A DNA stretch of 64,000 nucleotides from Vampirovibrionaceae bacterium NZW_1234 (GCA_041697335.1 JBGUGD010000014.1:32001-96000), one strand, 5' to 3'. Shown: positions 1 to 10,063, counted from the first letter of the stretch. Notes: generated from the sequence alone by a model not told the origin. A program made the numbers and translations.

Positions 1-1
1 G

Positions 2-853
2 TTTCTCGCTCTGAACACATCCTGTATTACCCTATTGCCAACAACTGTTATTGCCCTGCGAGCCGAAACTGGCTCTCAAAACCCTGCAGGCATTGTGGTC
101 ACCACTATTTTTGCCACTGTGGTTGCAACCATCTGCTCCATTACCGCCAGCAAGTTTCTGCAACGGTTTTGGCCCGGCGGCGAATCCAGATTGTCAGAAA
201 ATACAGACGCTGCTGCTGAAACCAGTGCTCAGAACGTTTCGGTTAAAGCATACCCACTATGGGTTTCCGCTCTTGCCTTTTTAGGGATTATTGCAACAAT
301 CCCCCTCATGCTCTTGTACGGCAAGCTGATTACCCCTTGGATTATTCCTGCCTTAATCGTAGCCATGCTGGGATTTGGTCTGGCTCGCAAAGTCCCTGTC
401 TATGAGACATTCATTACCGGCGCCAAGGAAGGCTTTGATATTGCGATTCGTATTATGCCCTATTTGATTGGGATTCTGGTGGCTATTGGCATGTTTCGAA
501 AAAGCGGCGCCATGGACACGCTAATTGCGCCCTTAGGACACTTTACAGCGCCATTGGGTCTGCCGGCAGAAGGCCTCACCATGGCCTTTTTACGGACGCT
601 TTCCGGCTCAGGCTCCTTTGGACTTCTGGCTGACTTTCTTAAAAACCCAGCGATTGGCCCTGACAGTTACACCGGTTATTTGACCAGCACAATGTATGGT
701 TCTTCTGAAACCACATTTTATGTTCTTGCCGTCTATTTCGGGGCAGTTCAGATTCAGCGCATTCGCCATGCACTGGTCATTGGCCTATTAGCGGACGTTG
801 CCGCCACCATTGCCGCCATTGTGATCTGTACTTTTCTCTACGGTCGAAGCTAA
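2..853 (+). CDS. SpmA/SpmB-like fused membrane protein (nucleoside recognition/gate domain), 5'-truncated by the window edge
   Basis: Frame is open from base 2 (FLALNTSCITLLPTTVIALR, SpmA-like). C-terminal half has SpmB-like motifs VYETFITGAKEGF, LRTLSGSGS, GSSETTFYVLAVYFGAV. Confidence 0.85.
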   Translation, partial: FLALNTSCITLLPTTVIALRAETGSQNPAGIVVTTIFATVVATICSITASKFLQRFWPGGESRLSENTDAAAETSAQNVSVKAYPLWVSALAFLGIIATIPLMLLYGKLITPWIIPALIVAMLGFGLARKVPVYETFITGAKEGFDIAIRIMPYLIGILVAIGMFRKSGAMDTLIAPLGHFTAPLGLPAEGLTMAFLRTLSGSGSFGLLADFLKNPAIGPDSYTGYLTSTMYGSSETTFYVLAVYFGAVQIQRIRHALVIGLLADVAATIAAIVICTFLYGRS

Positions 854-1057
854 TAATACTGGCATTACCGATACACTATTGAAACCAGCTCCAAATTGTA
901 ACAATTCTGAAACAAACTAGCATCAACTTGGATTGATGACTTTTAGTGCGGGAAATTCAGCTCGACTGAGTTGGATGATTTATTGAGAGCTAGCCTGATC
1001 GTACACAGAGCTAAGAACAGTTGCAGCTTAACAAATTGCAGAAAGTGAAGCGGGATT

Positions 1058-2272
1058 ATGAAGGTACATTCGGTTTCGGGAGTGACACCCTTATTTGGAG
1101 CCCATTCCTTACAAGCCTCCAAGTCTGCGGAGGAGATAAACGGTAAGGCCTCCATCCATCATCAAAACCCTACTTCTTCTGGGAAGGTAGTCTCTATTCG
1201 TTTTGGCAGTAGCGGTTATCCGGCAAATACGTTGAAGCTTATGACCTACAACGTGGATGGCGCAGGCTCGCCAGAAGCTTGCAAATGGTTTGGCTACGGC
1301 AAGTCCAATAACTTTAAATTGGAAAAACTGGCCGAAATCATCAAGGACAAGTCTCCCCATGACCTACCCGATGTGATTGCCTTGCAAGAAGTCATTATCA
1401 AAAAAGCACTGAAAAACTATGGGGGCTCTGAGCCCTTGATTCCACGGAAATATGACCAGACAGGTTTTGACGCATGGTTAACTCAGGAGGATGGCCCGGA
1501 ATGGATTGAAAACTGGGTTAAAAAGCATCTGGGCGATGCTTATGGGGTTATCTGCTCGGAAGGAACCAATGATCCCTCCGGAAAAGCATTGGCCATCTTG
1601 TACAAAAAGGATATGATCCCCGTGGCTAAAAAATCACATTATGGCCTCAAGAACCAATTCAGCGACAATATTTTCACCCGAGACTTGCAGGAAGTGCATT
1701 TTCAGATCCGCAGTCAGCGGGACCCCAGTAAGGTTGAGAATCTGGTTGTCCTAAACTCCCATTTCTATGCGAACTTAAAACATAATCGTTATGGAGAACA
1801 ACGCCAAAAGCGGGAATATTTGCAAACGGCAGATATTATCCAAGAGATCCTCAAGGCCGATCCGAATACCCACATTGCGGCGATGGGTGATTTTAACCTG
1901 CCAACCGATCACCGACAGCGCAAAGATCTCTTGAACATCCTGACCGATGACGGCAATGCCATGGTTGACAGTTTTATGAAACACCACATGGCTGTTCCAA
2001 CCTGCCGGTCCAAAATGGAGGGCTCAACCTTCCGCTCGGATTGTATTCTGCTGACACCCACGTTGGATGCCAACGTACAAGATTTAGGAGTCATCGGCAA
2101 CTTTGACACTGAGGACAAATACCAAAAATCGTCTCCACACTTGCCGGTCTTTGTCGCCACAAACACGTCTATACCCCGGAACGAGTGGCTCCAATTCAAG
2201 CGGGTCACCCCTGCCGCTGCAACAACGAACAAGGCCACTCCCATTGGGAAAAAGCTTGTCGTTAATGGATAA
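1058..2272 (+). CDS. Endonuclease/exonuclease/phosphatase (EEP) family protein with N-terminal extension
   Basis: EEP motifs LMTYNV, DVIALQEV, VLNSHF, MGDFN, RSDCIL, SPHLPV. Confidence 0.85.
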   Translation: MKVHSVSGVTPLFGAHSLQASKSAEEINGKASIHHQNPTSSGKVVSIRFGSSGYPANTLKLMTYNVDGAGSPEACKWFGYGKSNNFKLEKLAEIIKDKSPHDLPDVIALQEVIIKKALKNYGGSEPLIPRKYDQTGFDAWLTQEDGPEWIENWVKKHLGDAYGVICSEGTNDPSGKALAILYKKDMIPVAKKSHYGLKNQFSDNIFTRDLQEVHFQIRSQRDPSKVENLVVLNSHFYANLKHNRYGEQRQKREYLQTADIIQEILKADPNTHIAAMGDFNLPTDHRQRKDLLNILTDDGNAMVDSFMKHHMAVPTCRSKMEGSTFRSDCILLTPTLDANVQDLGVIGNFDTEDKYQKSSPHLPVFVATNTSIPRNEWLQFKRVTPAAATTNKATPIGKKLVVNG

Positions 2273-2459
2273 AACATCCAGGCCCTGCACTATGAGGCTA
2301 TTTCTTCTTTAACCTGATCATCCCGCGATCAGAGCTTTCACTTTAGCTTCAGATCTTGATTTTTTTCAAAATCGCCTTTGTGGTTTAGTGGTCACATACC
2401 GTCCTATCGGTTCTGTATGGAAGTGATCTAGTCGTTAGACGTGAGGAGAAAATAAGCCC

Positions 2460-3242
2460 ATGAATTTAGTGAGTTTGCGTCCTGCAATTTCGCCGCAGGC
2501 CAAGAAGCCCATCCTTAACTCCAGCCAGTCTCGGTTTTCAGGTCAAAAGCCCTCTGTCCTCACCGTGCAAGGTGTTGGAACCGTTTATAAAGTGCCTGAT
2601 ACTGTAAGTGTGACAATGCAAATCCACGATCAGGCCAAGACTCGACGCGAAGTGGCTTCATCCCTGGATGACCGCTCTCGGCGAATGATTGAAATGATTA
2701 AAGATATTAGTCCCAACTTACGGATTAAAACCGATACCCACATCGGACAGCATCATGAATACAACCACCAAACCCATAAAAACGAAAAAGTCGGTTACGC
2801 AGGTCGTTATATTGTTACCGTGACAGAGCAAGGTGACAATCTGGACGAATTAAAAAAACATGCCTCCCGAATCTCCGAGATTGCCGATGAAACCGAAGCC
2901 AATTTTAATGGGCCACAATTTGCATACAGCAAAACCCAGCAGGCTGTTTTAGAAGCTATTCCTGAAGCGGTTAAAAACCTTAAAGAAACTGCATTGACGC
3001 TCGCCAAAGCCCTCAATGTCAAACTTGCTAAAAAACCGGTGTCTGTCTCAACAGGTGGAGAGACACCCTCGGTTGCTCATGCCCAGCTTGAAACAGTTGC
3101 TCTTGCAGGCGCTGCCCGTCAGGCGGATGCCCCCGTCGGTGTGAGTCCAGAAACCATGCAAAGTGGCCTGATCCCCATCCAATCTCCAACCGTCCAGGCC
3201 GTGTTTCGGATTTTGCCCAAACAAGCTGACTCCTTAAAGTAG
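2460..3242 (+). CDS. SIMPL/DUF541 domain protein
   Basis: LTVQGVGTVYKVPDTVSV start motif, GPQF, A..LAKALNVKL. SD GAGGAG upstream. Confidence 0.7.
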   Translation: MNLVSLRPAISPQAKKPILNSSQSRFSGQKPSVLTVQGVGTVYKVPDTVSVTMQIHDQAKTRREVASSLDDRSRRMIEMIKDISPNLRIKTDTHIGQHHEYNHQTHKNEKVGYAGRYIVTVTEQGDNLDELKKHASRISEIADETEANFNGPQFAYSKTQQAVLEAIPEAVKNLKETALTLAKALNVKLAKKPVSVSTGGETPSVAHAQLETVALAGAARQADAPVGVSPETMQSGLIPIQSPTVQAVFRILPKQADSLK

Positions 3243-3265
3243 ACGACTTAAAAATTCTCACTTTT

Positions 3266-3301
3266 AAGCAGCCGTCGGAGATGCTCCGGCGGCTGCTTTT
3301 T
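3266..3301. terminator. Intrinsic terminator between convergent genes
   Basis: AAGCAGCCGTCGGAG-atg-CTCCGGCGGCTGCTT followed by a T run. Confidence 0.8.
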
Positions 3302-3330
3302 GTAATTCATAAGTAAGATAAATACACTCG

Positions 3331-3660
3331 CTAATAGCGATTTCGAGGAGCAAATCCACCGCGGCTCTGACCACCGGAGCGACCATAGCCCCCTCCGGCA
3401 TTGGCCGGTTTCGGCTCAGCAAATTTGACAACAATATTTCGACCCTTGAGCTCCCATTCATTAAGAGCATCAACGGCGGATTGAGCTTGTGTATTATCCG
3501 CCATGGCAATAAAGGCAAAGCCCCGTTTCCGCCCCGTCATTTTATCAACGGGAATGCGAACGGAAACCACCTCCCCATATTGTGCAAACAAATCTCCTAG
3601 CTCATTTTCAGTGACAGACCAATCCAACTGAGCCACAAACAGTTCATTTTGCATGTTCAT
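3331..3660 (-). CDS. RRM-domain RNA-binding protein (Rbp type) with Gly-rich tail
   Basis: RNP2 LFVAQL, RNP1 RGFAFIAM, GRNIVVKFA, Gly/Arg tail. Confidence 0.95.
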   Translation of the reverse strand: MNMQNELFVAQLDWSVTENELGDLFAQYGEVVSVRIPVDKMTGRKRGFAFIAMADNTQAQSAVDALNEWELKGRNIVVKFAEPKPANAGGGYGRSGGQSRGGFAPRNRY

Positions 3661-3759
3661 TATCCTCTTGCATTCAATAACACATTAAAAAACCGAATTT
3701 ACTGATAAAAATTCAATGGATACGGAGCCTCCTCTCGCTGTCTATCGTGAGTGCAACGA

Positions 3760-4050
3760 TTATGCCGTTGCTCCTTCTTCCGGCCCAGCCCAATCCGACG
3801 AACGAGACATGTCCGCTTCGAAATGACAGTCGATAGTCAGCTCTCTGGGTAAAGGTAAAACCAAGGCAACGGTTAGTACATCCGAAAAATGAAATTGCCA
3901 GAGCATCCCGTTGCAACACCCATTGTGGAACAACGTAAACGTATCTTGTTCAATACTACGTACCGTGCCCCGAAAGACATCCTGAATCCCTCGGATGTAG
4001 ACAACAATATCGCTACCAGCATCATATGCCGATTGAATCATGGTTTTCAT
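3760..4050 (-). CDS. Small hypothetical protein, possible Sm/Hfq-like fold
   Basis: ATG at 4050 with SD AAGGAG. Helix followed by beta pattern IVVYIRG..FRGTVRSIEQDTFTL..FHFSDVLTV. Confidence 0.55.
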   Translation of the reverse strand: MKTMIQSAYDAGSDIVVYIRGIQDVFRGTVRSIEQDTFTLFHNGCCNGMLWQFHFSDVLTVALVLPLPRELTIDCHFEADMSRSSDWAGPEEGATA

Positions 4051-4355
4051 AGGCCTCAAAGCTCCTTTTTCATGGAATGTGGTTATCATTGTGACGCATG
4101 TTTTGCATTATTGCAACATTGTTGCATTAATACAATTTAATCGTATGATAGTGCTGTTCCGCAAACAGAATCGCTTGGAGATACTCCGATGAGACAACCT
4201 GTTGAAGCTGTTCTCACAGCACTTTTAGGGTTAAACCCGATTGAAACACCCAGCACCTGTCATCGCTGGACCAGGGGTTTTTATGACTTGCCTATTGTCC
4301 GACCGTATCGGACTTGGATACACTAAAGACGCTTTAGGACATTGGGAGCCTATCC

Positions 4356-5159
4356 GTGTTTATCTCCATGCCTGTCAGGCCATACAAACCCATCAACGGT
4401 TTTCCAAAACCGGTTTCTTATGAAGACGTGAAGGGGAAACCTTACCAAACTACTGAGGTCAATATTCCTCAAAATTCGCAGATTCCCCCCACATTGTGCC
4501 AAGTCTATTTTGGGGTGTCAGAACCCGATAAGGCCCTTGGCAATTTAAAACAACGTATTCAAACTCTCGTTCACACCTATCGCACCCAAGTCGAAGCTAT
4601 CCCGACATTAATGCGTGACAACCGCATCAATCACCGCGTTCATCTACGCATCATCGGCACCCTGCTTGGGTATTTACCACCCACCGCCTCACCCAAGGAA
4701 TCCTACCATCAGTACCAGCTAATCTTTAATGCCGTCCAGCGGGCTGTCGCACCGGGTAAAAAAGACTATCGCATGGTGTGCTATACAAAATCCAAGCCCG
4801 TTTCCGACGACACCTATTGGATACAACAGTACGGCTATCATGTGCTCGTGTTTGCACCCAACGGTGCTGTCGAGTCGTACCGACGGATAACCCCGCCTGA
4901 TGTTGAAATTGATGGCGTCACACCTACAAACTTTCAAAAACGCTTGCAGCTTTTTAGCAAAACTGAAGAAGATGTCAAAGCGGTTTTAAAGCAACTGAAT
5001 ACTGAGAACCCAATGCCACACAGCCCACCCGAACCGCTTTCAGATCCAAACCACTACTCCCGCACCCTGTTTAAACTTAGTGCCAACGGCCTGGATGCTT
5101 GGTCTCAGCCAGCCACCCTCACCTTGCCGTCCCTTTCTCTGGATGAGCCTGTGGGTTAA
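4356..5159 (+). CDS. Hypothetical protein with N-terminal polar leader (QVYFG)
   Basis: 267-aa ORF; GTG start preceded by GGGAG. Confidence 0.65.
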   Translation: MFISMPVRPYKPINGFPKPVSYEDVKGKPYQTTEVNIPQNSQIPPTLCQVYFGVSEPDKALGNLKQRIQTLVHTYRTQVEAIPTLMRDNRINHRVHLRIIGTLLGYLPPTASPKESYHQYQLIFNAVQRAVAPGKKDYRMVCYTKSKPVSDDTYWIQQYGYHVLVFAPNGAVESYRRITPPDVEIDGVTPTNFQKRLQLFSKTEEDVKAVLKQLNTENPMPHSPPEPLSDPNHYSRTLFKLSANGLDAWSQPATLTLPSLSLDEPVG

Positions 5160-5251
5160 GCACCTTCCATGTTCCACCCCTGGGCAATGTGAATATGCAC
5201 AACTCCCCCCATAATACCCAAGGAGATGGAGTCAACCGGGAGGTGAGAAGA

Positions 5252-5740
5252 ATGACAGCATCCGCACTCGAAGCCATTTTTTCAGAGATTAAACATTTTT
5301 CCAACGCCATGCTGGTAACGTATGGTACCAATGGCATGATGCATGCACGGCCGATGGTCATCACCGACATTGAGACACCTTCTTGCGTCTGGTTTATTAC
5401 AGCCAGCGAAACGGCCAAGACCTATGAGATAGCAAAAGATAATCGAGTTCTCGTAACCTGCCAGGATGACGATTACTGCTACCTGACCCTCAGTGGCATA
5501 GCAAATGTGGTCTACAACCGGCAAAAAGTTGCATCGCTGTGGAAAGACTTTTATTCCCAATGGTTCCCCCAAGGCCCCTCGGATCCAGATATTGCTTTGA
5601 TTCGGGTAGACGTGGACGCCGCAGAATACTGGGATCATAGCGGTTTTCAAAAAGCCCAGGAACCGGTGTCTACCCAACAAAGCAAAGCCAAACAAAATCA
5701 GGGCTCTTCTACCAACAAGATTGAAACCGGTGCGAGCTAA
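5252..5740 (+). CDS. Pyridoxamine 5'-phosphate oxidase-like / general stress protein 26 (YdaG-type) flavin-binding protein
   Basis: MLVT...MHARPM, VWFIT, LW...WFPQGPSDPDIALIRV...AEYWD. SD GGAGGT before ATG 5252. Confidence 0.9.
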   Translation: MTASALEAIFSEIKHFSNAMLVTYGTNGMMHARPMVITDIETPSCVWFITASETAKTYEIAKDNRVLVTCQDDDYCYLTLSGIANVVYNRQKVASLWKDFYSQWFPQGPSDPDIALIRVDVDAAEYWDHSGFQKAQEPVSTQQSKAKQNQGSSTNKIETGAS

Positions 5741-5766
5741 ACACGGGATCGGAATACACAACATAG

Positions 5767-5794
5767 AGGCCGTCTTGGTTATTCAGACGGCCTC
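5767..5794. terminator. Hairpin/terminator
   Basis: GAGGCCGTCT...AGACGGCCTC inverted repeat after the stop codon. Confidence 0.6.
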
Positions 5795-5991
5795 TTGAAG
5801 CTATGAAGCGATTTGCTTGAAATTAATCAAACAATCTACCAAAAAATCCGCCGACAGCCCGGCCCGCATCCGCAATCCCTTCACCAACAGCACAAACCAG
5901 CACTAAACTCCTGGCCTAATACGGTGGCACCAGCCTAGGCCGACTTACAGCCGCCCCTAATTTATACCCTGTCACAATGAAAAGTGACGTT

Positions 5992-7644
5992 TTAAGGTGT
6001 GGTTACCTGCTGGCCTTGAATGGCTTGATAGGCTTCCAGAATCTTGGCAGGAATGGCTCGAACCACTTCCGCATCAATAAAAGGGGACATCATATAGGAC
6101 TTCAAGGCCACAATGGGCTTATCATAGCTGCTGGAGCGATAGTTCTCCGTCAAAGAGAATGCAACACCACGGCCCTCCAGAGATTCTTTATAGAGATAAT
6201 CAAAAATCGCCCGGTTAAGTTCGTTATGCCGCTCCAACGACTCCGCATAGGCCGGATCGCGCATTTCATTTAAAAACATCGCCGAGGCATCAATGTCGTC
6301 AGGATAAATGCGGAACAACGTCACAGAACCATAATTATAGGTGTTCACGCAGGTGATATTGGGGAAAACCTCCAGGGATTCCCGCAACAATTCAGCCATT
6401 TCCACCAGATGGCCCAGTAAGGACTGATAGCCCTCCTTGCCAAAAAGCAACATATTCGCCATAGCAGCCAGCGGTGCCGCCCCACCTCGAGACGCTTCTA
6501 GAGTGTATACGCCAGGACAATATTCATCGGCTTGGCGAATATAGGGGATCGTCTCTTTTGAACGGTTCAGCAACTCTAACTCCGAGCGATTTTTCAATAA
6601 GAACAGGCTGGATGTATAAGGAGCAAAGCCGGTTTTATGGAAGTCAATCCCCATAGAGTCAGCCAGATGCAAGTGCCGAATTTTTCGCATCGAATCAGAC
6701 AGGCGCCGTAAGGTTCGGACAGAGAAATTCAATTCATTGCGAGAGAAGTCATAGTCGTTAAAGACACTCCAAATCCATCCGATGACGGAATCTGCGTGCA
6801 CATGGGGCACGTAATCAAGCTGGTACTCCTCCACACAGCGATCCCGAATCTCAACCATTTCCTTGAGAGGGTCAATTCCAAAGGAATCGGTTGTCCCCAT
6901 CGTCGCCACAATACAAGCCACCCGGGTGCCTTCAGCCAATACTTCACGTAATTTGGCTTCAAAACACTTGATATCCATATCGTTGTTTTCTGTGGTGGGA
7001 ATTAAAATTACGTTATCCATACCAATTCCAAGCCACGCTGCAATACTCAGCTTGCAATAGTGGGCTGTACCCGAAGCAAAGACCACGGTCTTCTGTGTAA
7101 TTCCGGTCTTTAATGTATTGGGGCAAGCTTTTTCCAAACCAATTTTGGTGCCGTAGAAATTGGTTCCGGTCCCCCCAAAGGTGAAAAGTCCCACTGATTC
7201 CTCCGGATCATAGCCGATTAAATCGGCACACATCCGTGAAACTTCCAATTCGGCCATAGCAACCTGGTTGCTGTATTCAATCCCCACCATGTTGGGGTTA
7301 TAAATCGCCCCAATCAGATTTCCCACAATCGAGGGGATGGTCGTCGGTGGGACCACATTGGTCTGAGCATTGGGGTGTCCCCAAATTGTCATGCCACTTA
7401 AGTAACGAATAATCTGATGAATAGACCATTCAACATTGGAGAAGTTTTCGGGAATCCGATCATGGGACTCGGTATCTGCAGGCTCTTTGGCATAGCCTAA
7501 GATGGGAGCACTACTTTTGAGTGTATCCACTTGGTCCAAGGCCCGCAAAATGGTATGAATAAAATAAGCATCATGCACTTTATCCGAAGTGGGCTTTGGA
7601 AAGGCAAGGCGGATCTTATCTAAAATTGTTTTGTAATCGCTCAT
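5992..7644 (-). CDS. Group II PLP-dependent decarboxylase (substrate unknown)
   Basis: FTFGGTGTN, AHYC, ATMGTTDSFGID, HVHAD, PLP-lysine motif DSMGIDFHKTGF. Confidence 0.9.
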   Translation of the reverse strand: MSDYKTILDKIRLAFPKPTSDKVHDAYFIHTILRALDQVDTLKSSAPILGYAKEPADTESHDRIPENFSNVEWSIHQIIRYLSGMTIWGHPNAQTNVVPPTTIPSIVGNLIGAIYNPNMVGIEYSNQVAMAELEVSRMCADLIGYDPEESVGLFTFGGTGTNFYGTKIGLEKACPNTLKTGITQKTVVFASGTAHYCKLSIAAWLGIGMDNVILIPTTENNDMDIKCFEAKLREVLAEGTRVACIVATMGTTDSFGIDPLKEMVEIRDRCVEEYQLDYVPHVHADSVIGWIWSVFNDYDFSRNELNFSVRTLRRLSDSMRKIRHLHLADSMGIDFHKTGFAPYTSSLFLLKNRSELELLNRSKETIPYIRQADEYCPGVYTLEASRGGAAPLAAMANMLLFGKEGYQSLLGHLVEMAELLRESLEVFPNITCVNTYNYGSVTLFRIYPDDIDASAMFLNEMRDPAYAESLERHNELNRAIFDYLYKESLEGRGVAFSLTENYRSSSYDKPIVALKSYMMSPFIDAEVVRAIPAKILEAYQAIQGQQVTTP

Positions 7645-7665
7645 ACGGGTAACTCTCCAAGGGTT

Positions 7666-7692
7666 TTATCGGTGAGGGGCGAGGGGACTCTA
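7666..7692 (-). promoter_or_regulatory. Sigma-28-like promoter for the decarboxylase
   Basis: Minus strand TAGA-N15-ACCGATAA versus consensus TAAA-N15-GCCGATAA. Confidence 0.5.
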
Positions 7693-7880
7693 TCAACAAT
7701 AGCACGAGACAGTCACTAAAAAAGCAGCCAGGACTCTATGGAAAATCAAACCGGTGCAGGCCTTAAAATTGCGCGTCGGTCTTCGCATCCGTCAACACAA
7801 TCACTCTTTATTTTTCTTTGCACAGGCCACTCAAAGGACTACAATAACGATAGCCTCAATAGAAAATAATTTGTATCGTC

Positions 7881-8327
7881 ATGAATTTTACCTACGCACA
7901 TTTGCTCGTAAATCACATCCCCATTATTGGCGTGATGATTGTTCTCTTCTATATGGCCATGGGTTTTTTGCTAAAAAGCGATAAGCTCTTTCTCGCCAGT
8001 TGGATAGCCCTACTCGGCCTAACCATCGTTACCGCCTTTGCCTACTGGACAGGCACCCAAGCATTCGGTGGCCTGGCTAAATTCCAGGAAATTAATGTTC
8101 AAGCCATCGGTCATCACGCCCAATGGGCTGGCTATACACTCTGGGGAATGGGAATCAACGCCATCGCGTCGCTGCTAAGTCTATTCTCAGCTTGGAGCAA
8201 TCAAGGCCAGACACGGCCTCTTTGTCGCTGGGGCCTATTGATCTACAATCTGCTCCTCTTAGCCGTACTCCTCCAAACAGCCATGCTTGGCGGAAGCATC
8301 CGCCATATTGAAGTGCACAGTCATTGA
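7881..8327 (+). CDS. DUF2231-like small membrane protein
   Basis: HLLVNHIPI motif, about 4 TM segments, GHH..WA, TAMLGGSIRH.E. Confidence 0.7.
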   Translation: MNFTYAHLLVNHIPIIGVMIVLFYMAMGFLLKSDKLFLASWIALLGLTIVTAFAYWTGTQAFGGLAKFQEINVQAIGHHAQWAGYTLWGMGINAIASLLSLFSAWSNQGQTRPLCRWGLLIYNLLLLAVLLQTAMLGGSIRHIEVHSH

Positions 8328-8365
8328 GCAGTACCTACGTTTACTTCAATTCAGTCTAAGCAGGA

Positions 8366-9880
8366 TTAATCAAAAAGGGCGTCAAACATATCCGAAATTT
8401 CGGAGAAAAACCCGCCCATTGCTGAACTACTTTTCTTATCGTCAAGCATATCCATCAACATGACTGTGGTCATCATATCGTTCCCACTTCTGCTCGAACT
8501 CTGAGGCCGGTATTGAGGACGTGGTTGTGGACGGGCCCCCTGGGCTGATGCTGGCCGTGCCCGTCTTGGACGAGATGGAGCAGAAGCCGGCTGGCTCGGG
8601 GTATTCATCAACATCATCAACAACAACAATTCAGTGTCGTCATCACCTTTTTTCTTGCTGGTACCGCTTGCACCCGTGGTGCCTACCGGGCCGGATGCGC
8701 CACTGGTACCAGTAGTGCCCGTCGTCCCGCCGGGACCCGATGTACCTGTTGCACCTGTGGTTCCCCCAGGGCCGGATGTGCCCGTAGCTCCAGTCGTTCC
8801 CCCTGGCCCCGATGTGCCTGTTGCACCCGTGGTTCCCCCAGGGCCGGATGCGCCACTGGTACCAGTAGTGCCCGTCGTCCCACCGGGGCCAGACGTTCCA
8901 CTAGAGCCGCTTGTCCCCGTGGGACCCGTGGTTCCGCTGGGACCGGTTACCCCATCAATGACGGCTGTGGGGTCATTCACCAATGGCAAGCCAGCTCTGG
9001 CTCTTAAATCGTTAATGGTCTCATGCGTCGGGGTATCATCCATGTACCATATGGTCAGATTGACGCCATTTTTCACAGTGACTTCATCACCACTGGACCG
9101 ATCGGTGAGAATACAGTCCCCGTTGGCATCAAAGCGGACATCAATATCGGTGTCCATATAGATAACGTCGGCATTATCGGCACTATTAATAACCAGCCTG
9201 TTCTGCAGCCCCTGACTACTGGCTCCAGACTCCGTCATATCGATGCGATCAATATTATTGCCATTTAAATTCAGGTTAAATACGTTGTTTGCTGCGGTGG
9301 CCCCCAATCGAGTGAAAGTGTCCCGCTTCGACGCAGACGTATCGATATTTACCTGATTCTGGTTACCCAGGATGGACCAGCTGGGTGGGGACTGAAACAC
9401 AGTGGTATCCATGGTGGCATCTGCCTTTAAATTCAATGTATTCTGGTTACCCAGGACATCGATATACATCATGCCACTGCCATCCGTATTTAAAGTGTTT
9501 CCAGTACCGGATAGCGAAACAGAACTGCCAAAATTCCCGAGATTCGAAAAGGTCAACGTATTGTTATTGCTGTTCTCCCGCAGGTCAATTCCCTTAAACG
9601 TGCCCGATACGTTAAACCTATTATTCTGCACACTGGCAAAATGAAAGTAGGCATAGGTAGAATCACCGGAAATATTAACCTGATTATTATTGAACTGATA
9701 GTTGAGGGTTGAAAACGGAAATTCCTGAGATTGGCTGCTGCCAAAGTACATGGCACCTAGTTGCTGTTCCTGGATGGATGTCAAATCAAAGGTCTGCCCA
9801 ACAGCATCCATAAACTGCCTGCCATGGGCTACAGGTAAATTATTGCTCAAGAAAAACCGGATAAAATCTGAATTCGACAT
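8366..9880 (-). CDS. Collagen-like repeat protein with Asn-rich N-terminal (beta-solenoid-like) region
   Basis: 33 consecutive Gly-X-Y triplets. ATG at 9880 follows a purine-rich SD region. Confidence 0.8.
   Translation of the reverse strand: MSNSDFIRFFLSNNLPVAHGRQFMDAVGQTFDLTSIQEQQLGAMYFGSSQSQEFPFSTLNYQFNNNQVNISGDSTYAYFHFASVQNNRFNVSGTFKGIDLRENSNNNTLTFSNLGNFGSSVSLSGTGNTLNTDGSGMMYIDVLGNQNTLNLKADATMDTTVFQSPPSWSILGNQNQVNIDTSASKRDTFTRLGATAANNVFNLNLNGNNIDRIDMTESGASSQGLQNRLVINSADNADVIYMDTDIDVRFDANGDCILTDRSSGDEVTVKNGVNLTIWYMDDTPTHETINDLRARAGLPLVNDPTAVIDGVTGPSGTTGPTGTSGSSGTSGPGGTTGTTGTSGASGPGGTTGATGTSGPGGTTGATGTSGPGGTTGATGTSGPGGTTGTTGTSGASGPVGTTGASGTSKKKGDDDTELLLLMMLMNTPSQPASAPSRPRRARPASAQGARPQPRPQYRPQSSSRSGNDMMTTVMLMDMLDDKKSSSAMGGFFSEISDMFDALFD
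8657..8953 (-). repeat. Coding (Gly-X-Y)33 repeat ([12 protein letters not shown] units)
   Basis: 297 nt encode GVT-GPS-GTT...GAS-GTS, with a recurring 36-nt unit. Confidence 0.95.
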
Positions 9881-9919
9881 CTCTTCGCTTCTCTTTACTC
9901 TCCGTTTTCCAGCCGAGTA

Positions 9920-9946
9920 ACATCGGCATGCAGATCCCAAAAATAA
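9920..9946 (-). promoter_or_regulatory. Sigma-28-like promoter for the collagen-like gene
   Basis: Minus strand TTAT-N15-GCCGATGT, about 40 nt upstream of ATG 9880. Confidence 0.5.
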
Positions 9947-10063
9947 CGACCTACATGAATAAAAACCAGAGATATCAAAAAATTGCCTTATTATATCATT
10001 CAGATTTACAAATTTTCAAAACCGCCCCTTCATTGGCAGACATTCGCACTCATCTCGGGATGA

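Noticed and set aside
2..853. 'Spore maturation' SpmA/B protein in a diderm as evidence of sporulation
   Set aside because: SpmA/B fusions are widespread in non-sporulating bacteria, and no other sporulation genes are present here.
2240..2272. C-terminal GKKLVVNG as a second shared targeting motif
   Set aside because: Only one clear instance in the window; the KRTLGMG end of the 18633 ORF is a weak match.
5820..5975. GC-skewed intergenic stretch with GGCCTA/TAGGCC stem as tRNA, SRP or 6S RNA
   Set aside because: No T-loop (GTTCRA), SRP domain IV motif or long closing stem could be recognised.
8634..9161. Plus-strand Pro/Val-rich repeat ORF (PVVPPGPDV)
   Set aside because: Antisense shadow of the collagen-like repeat.
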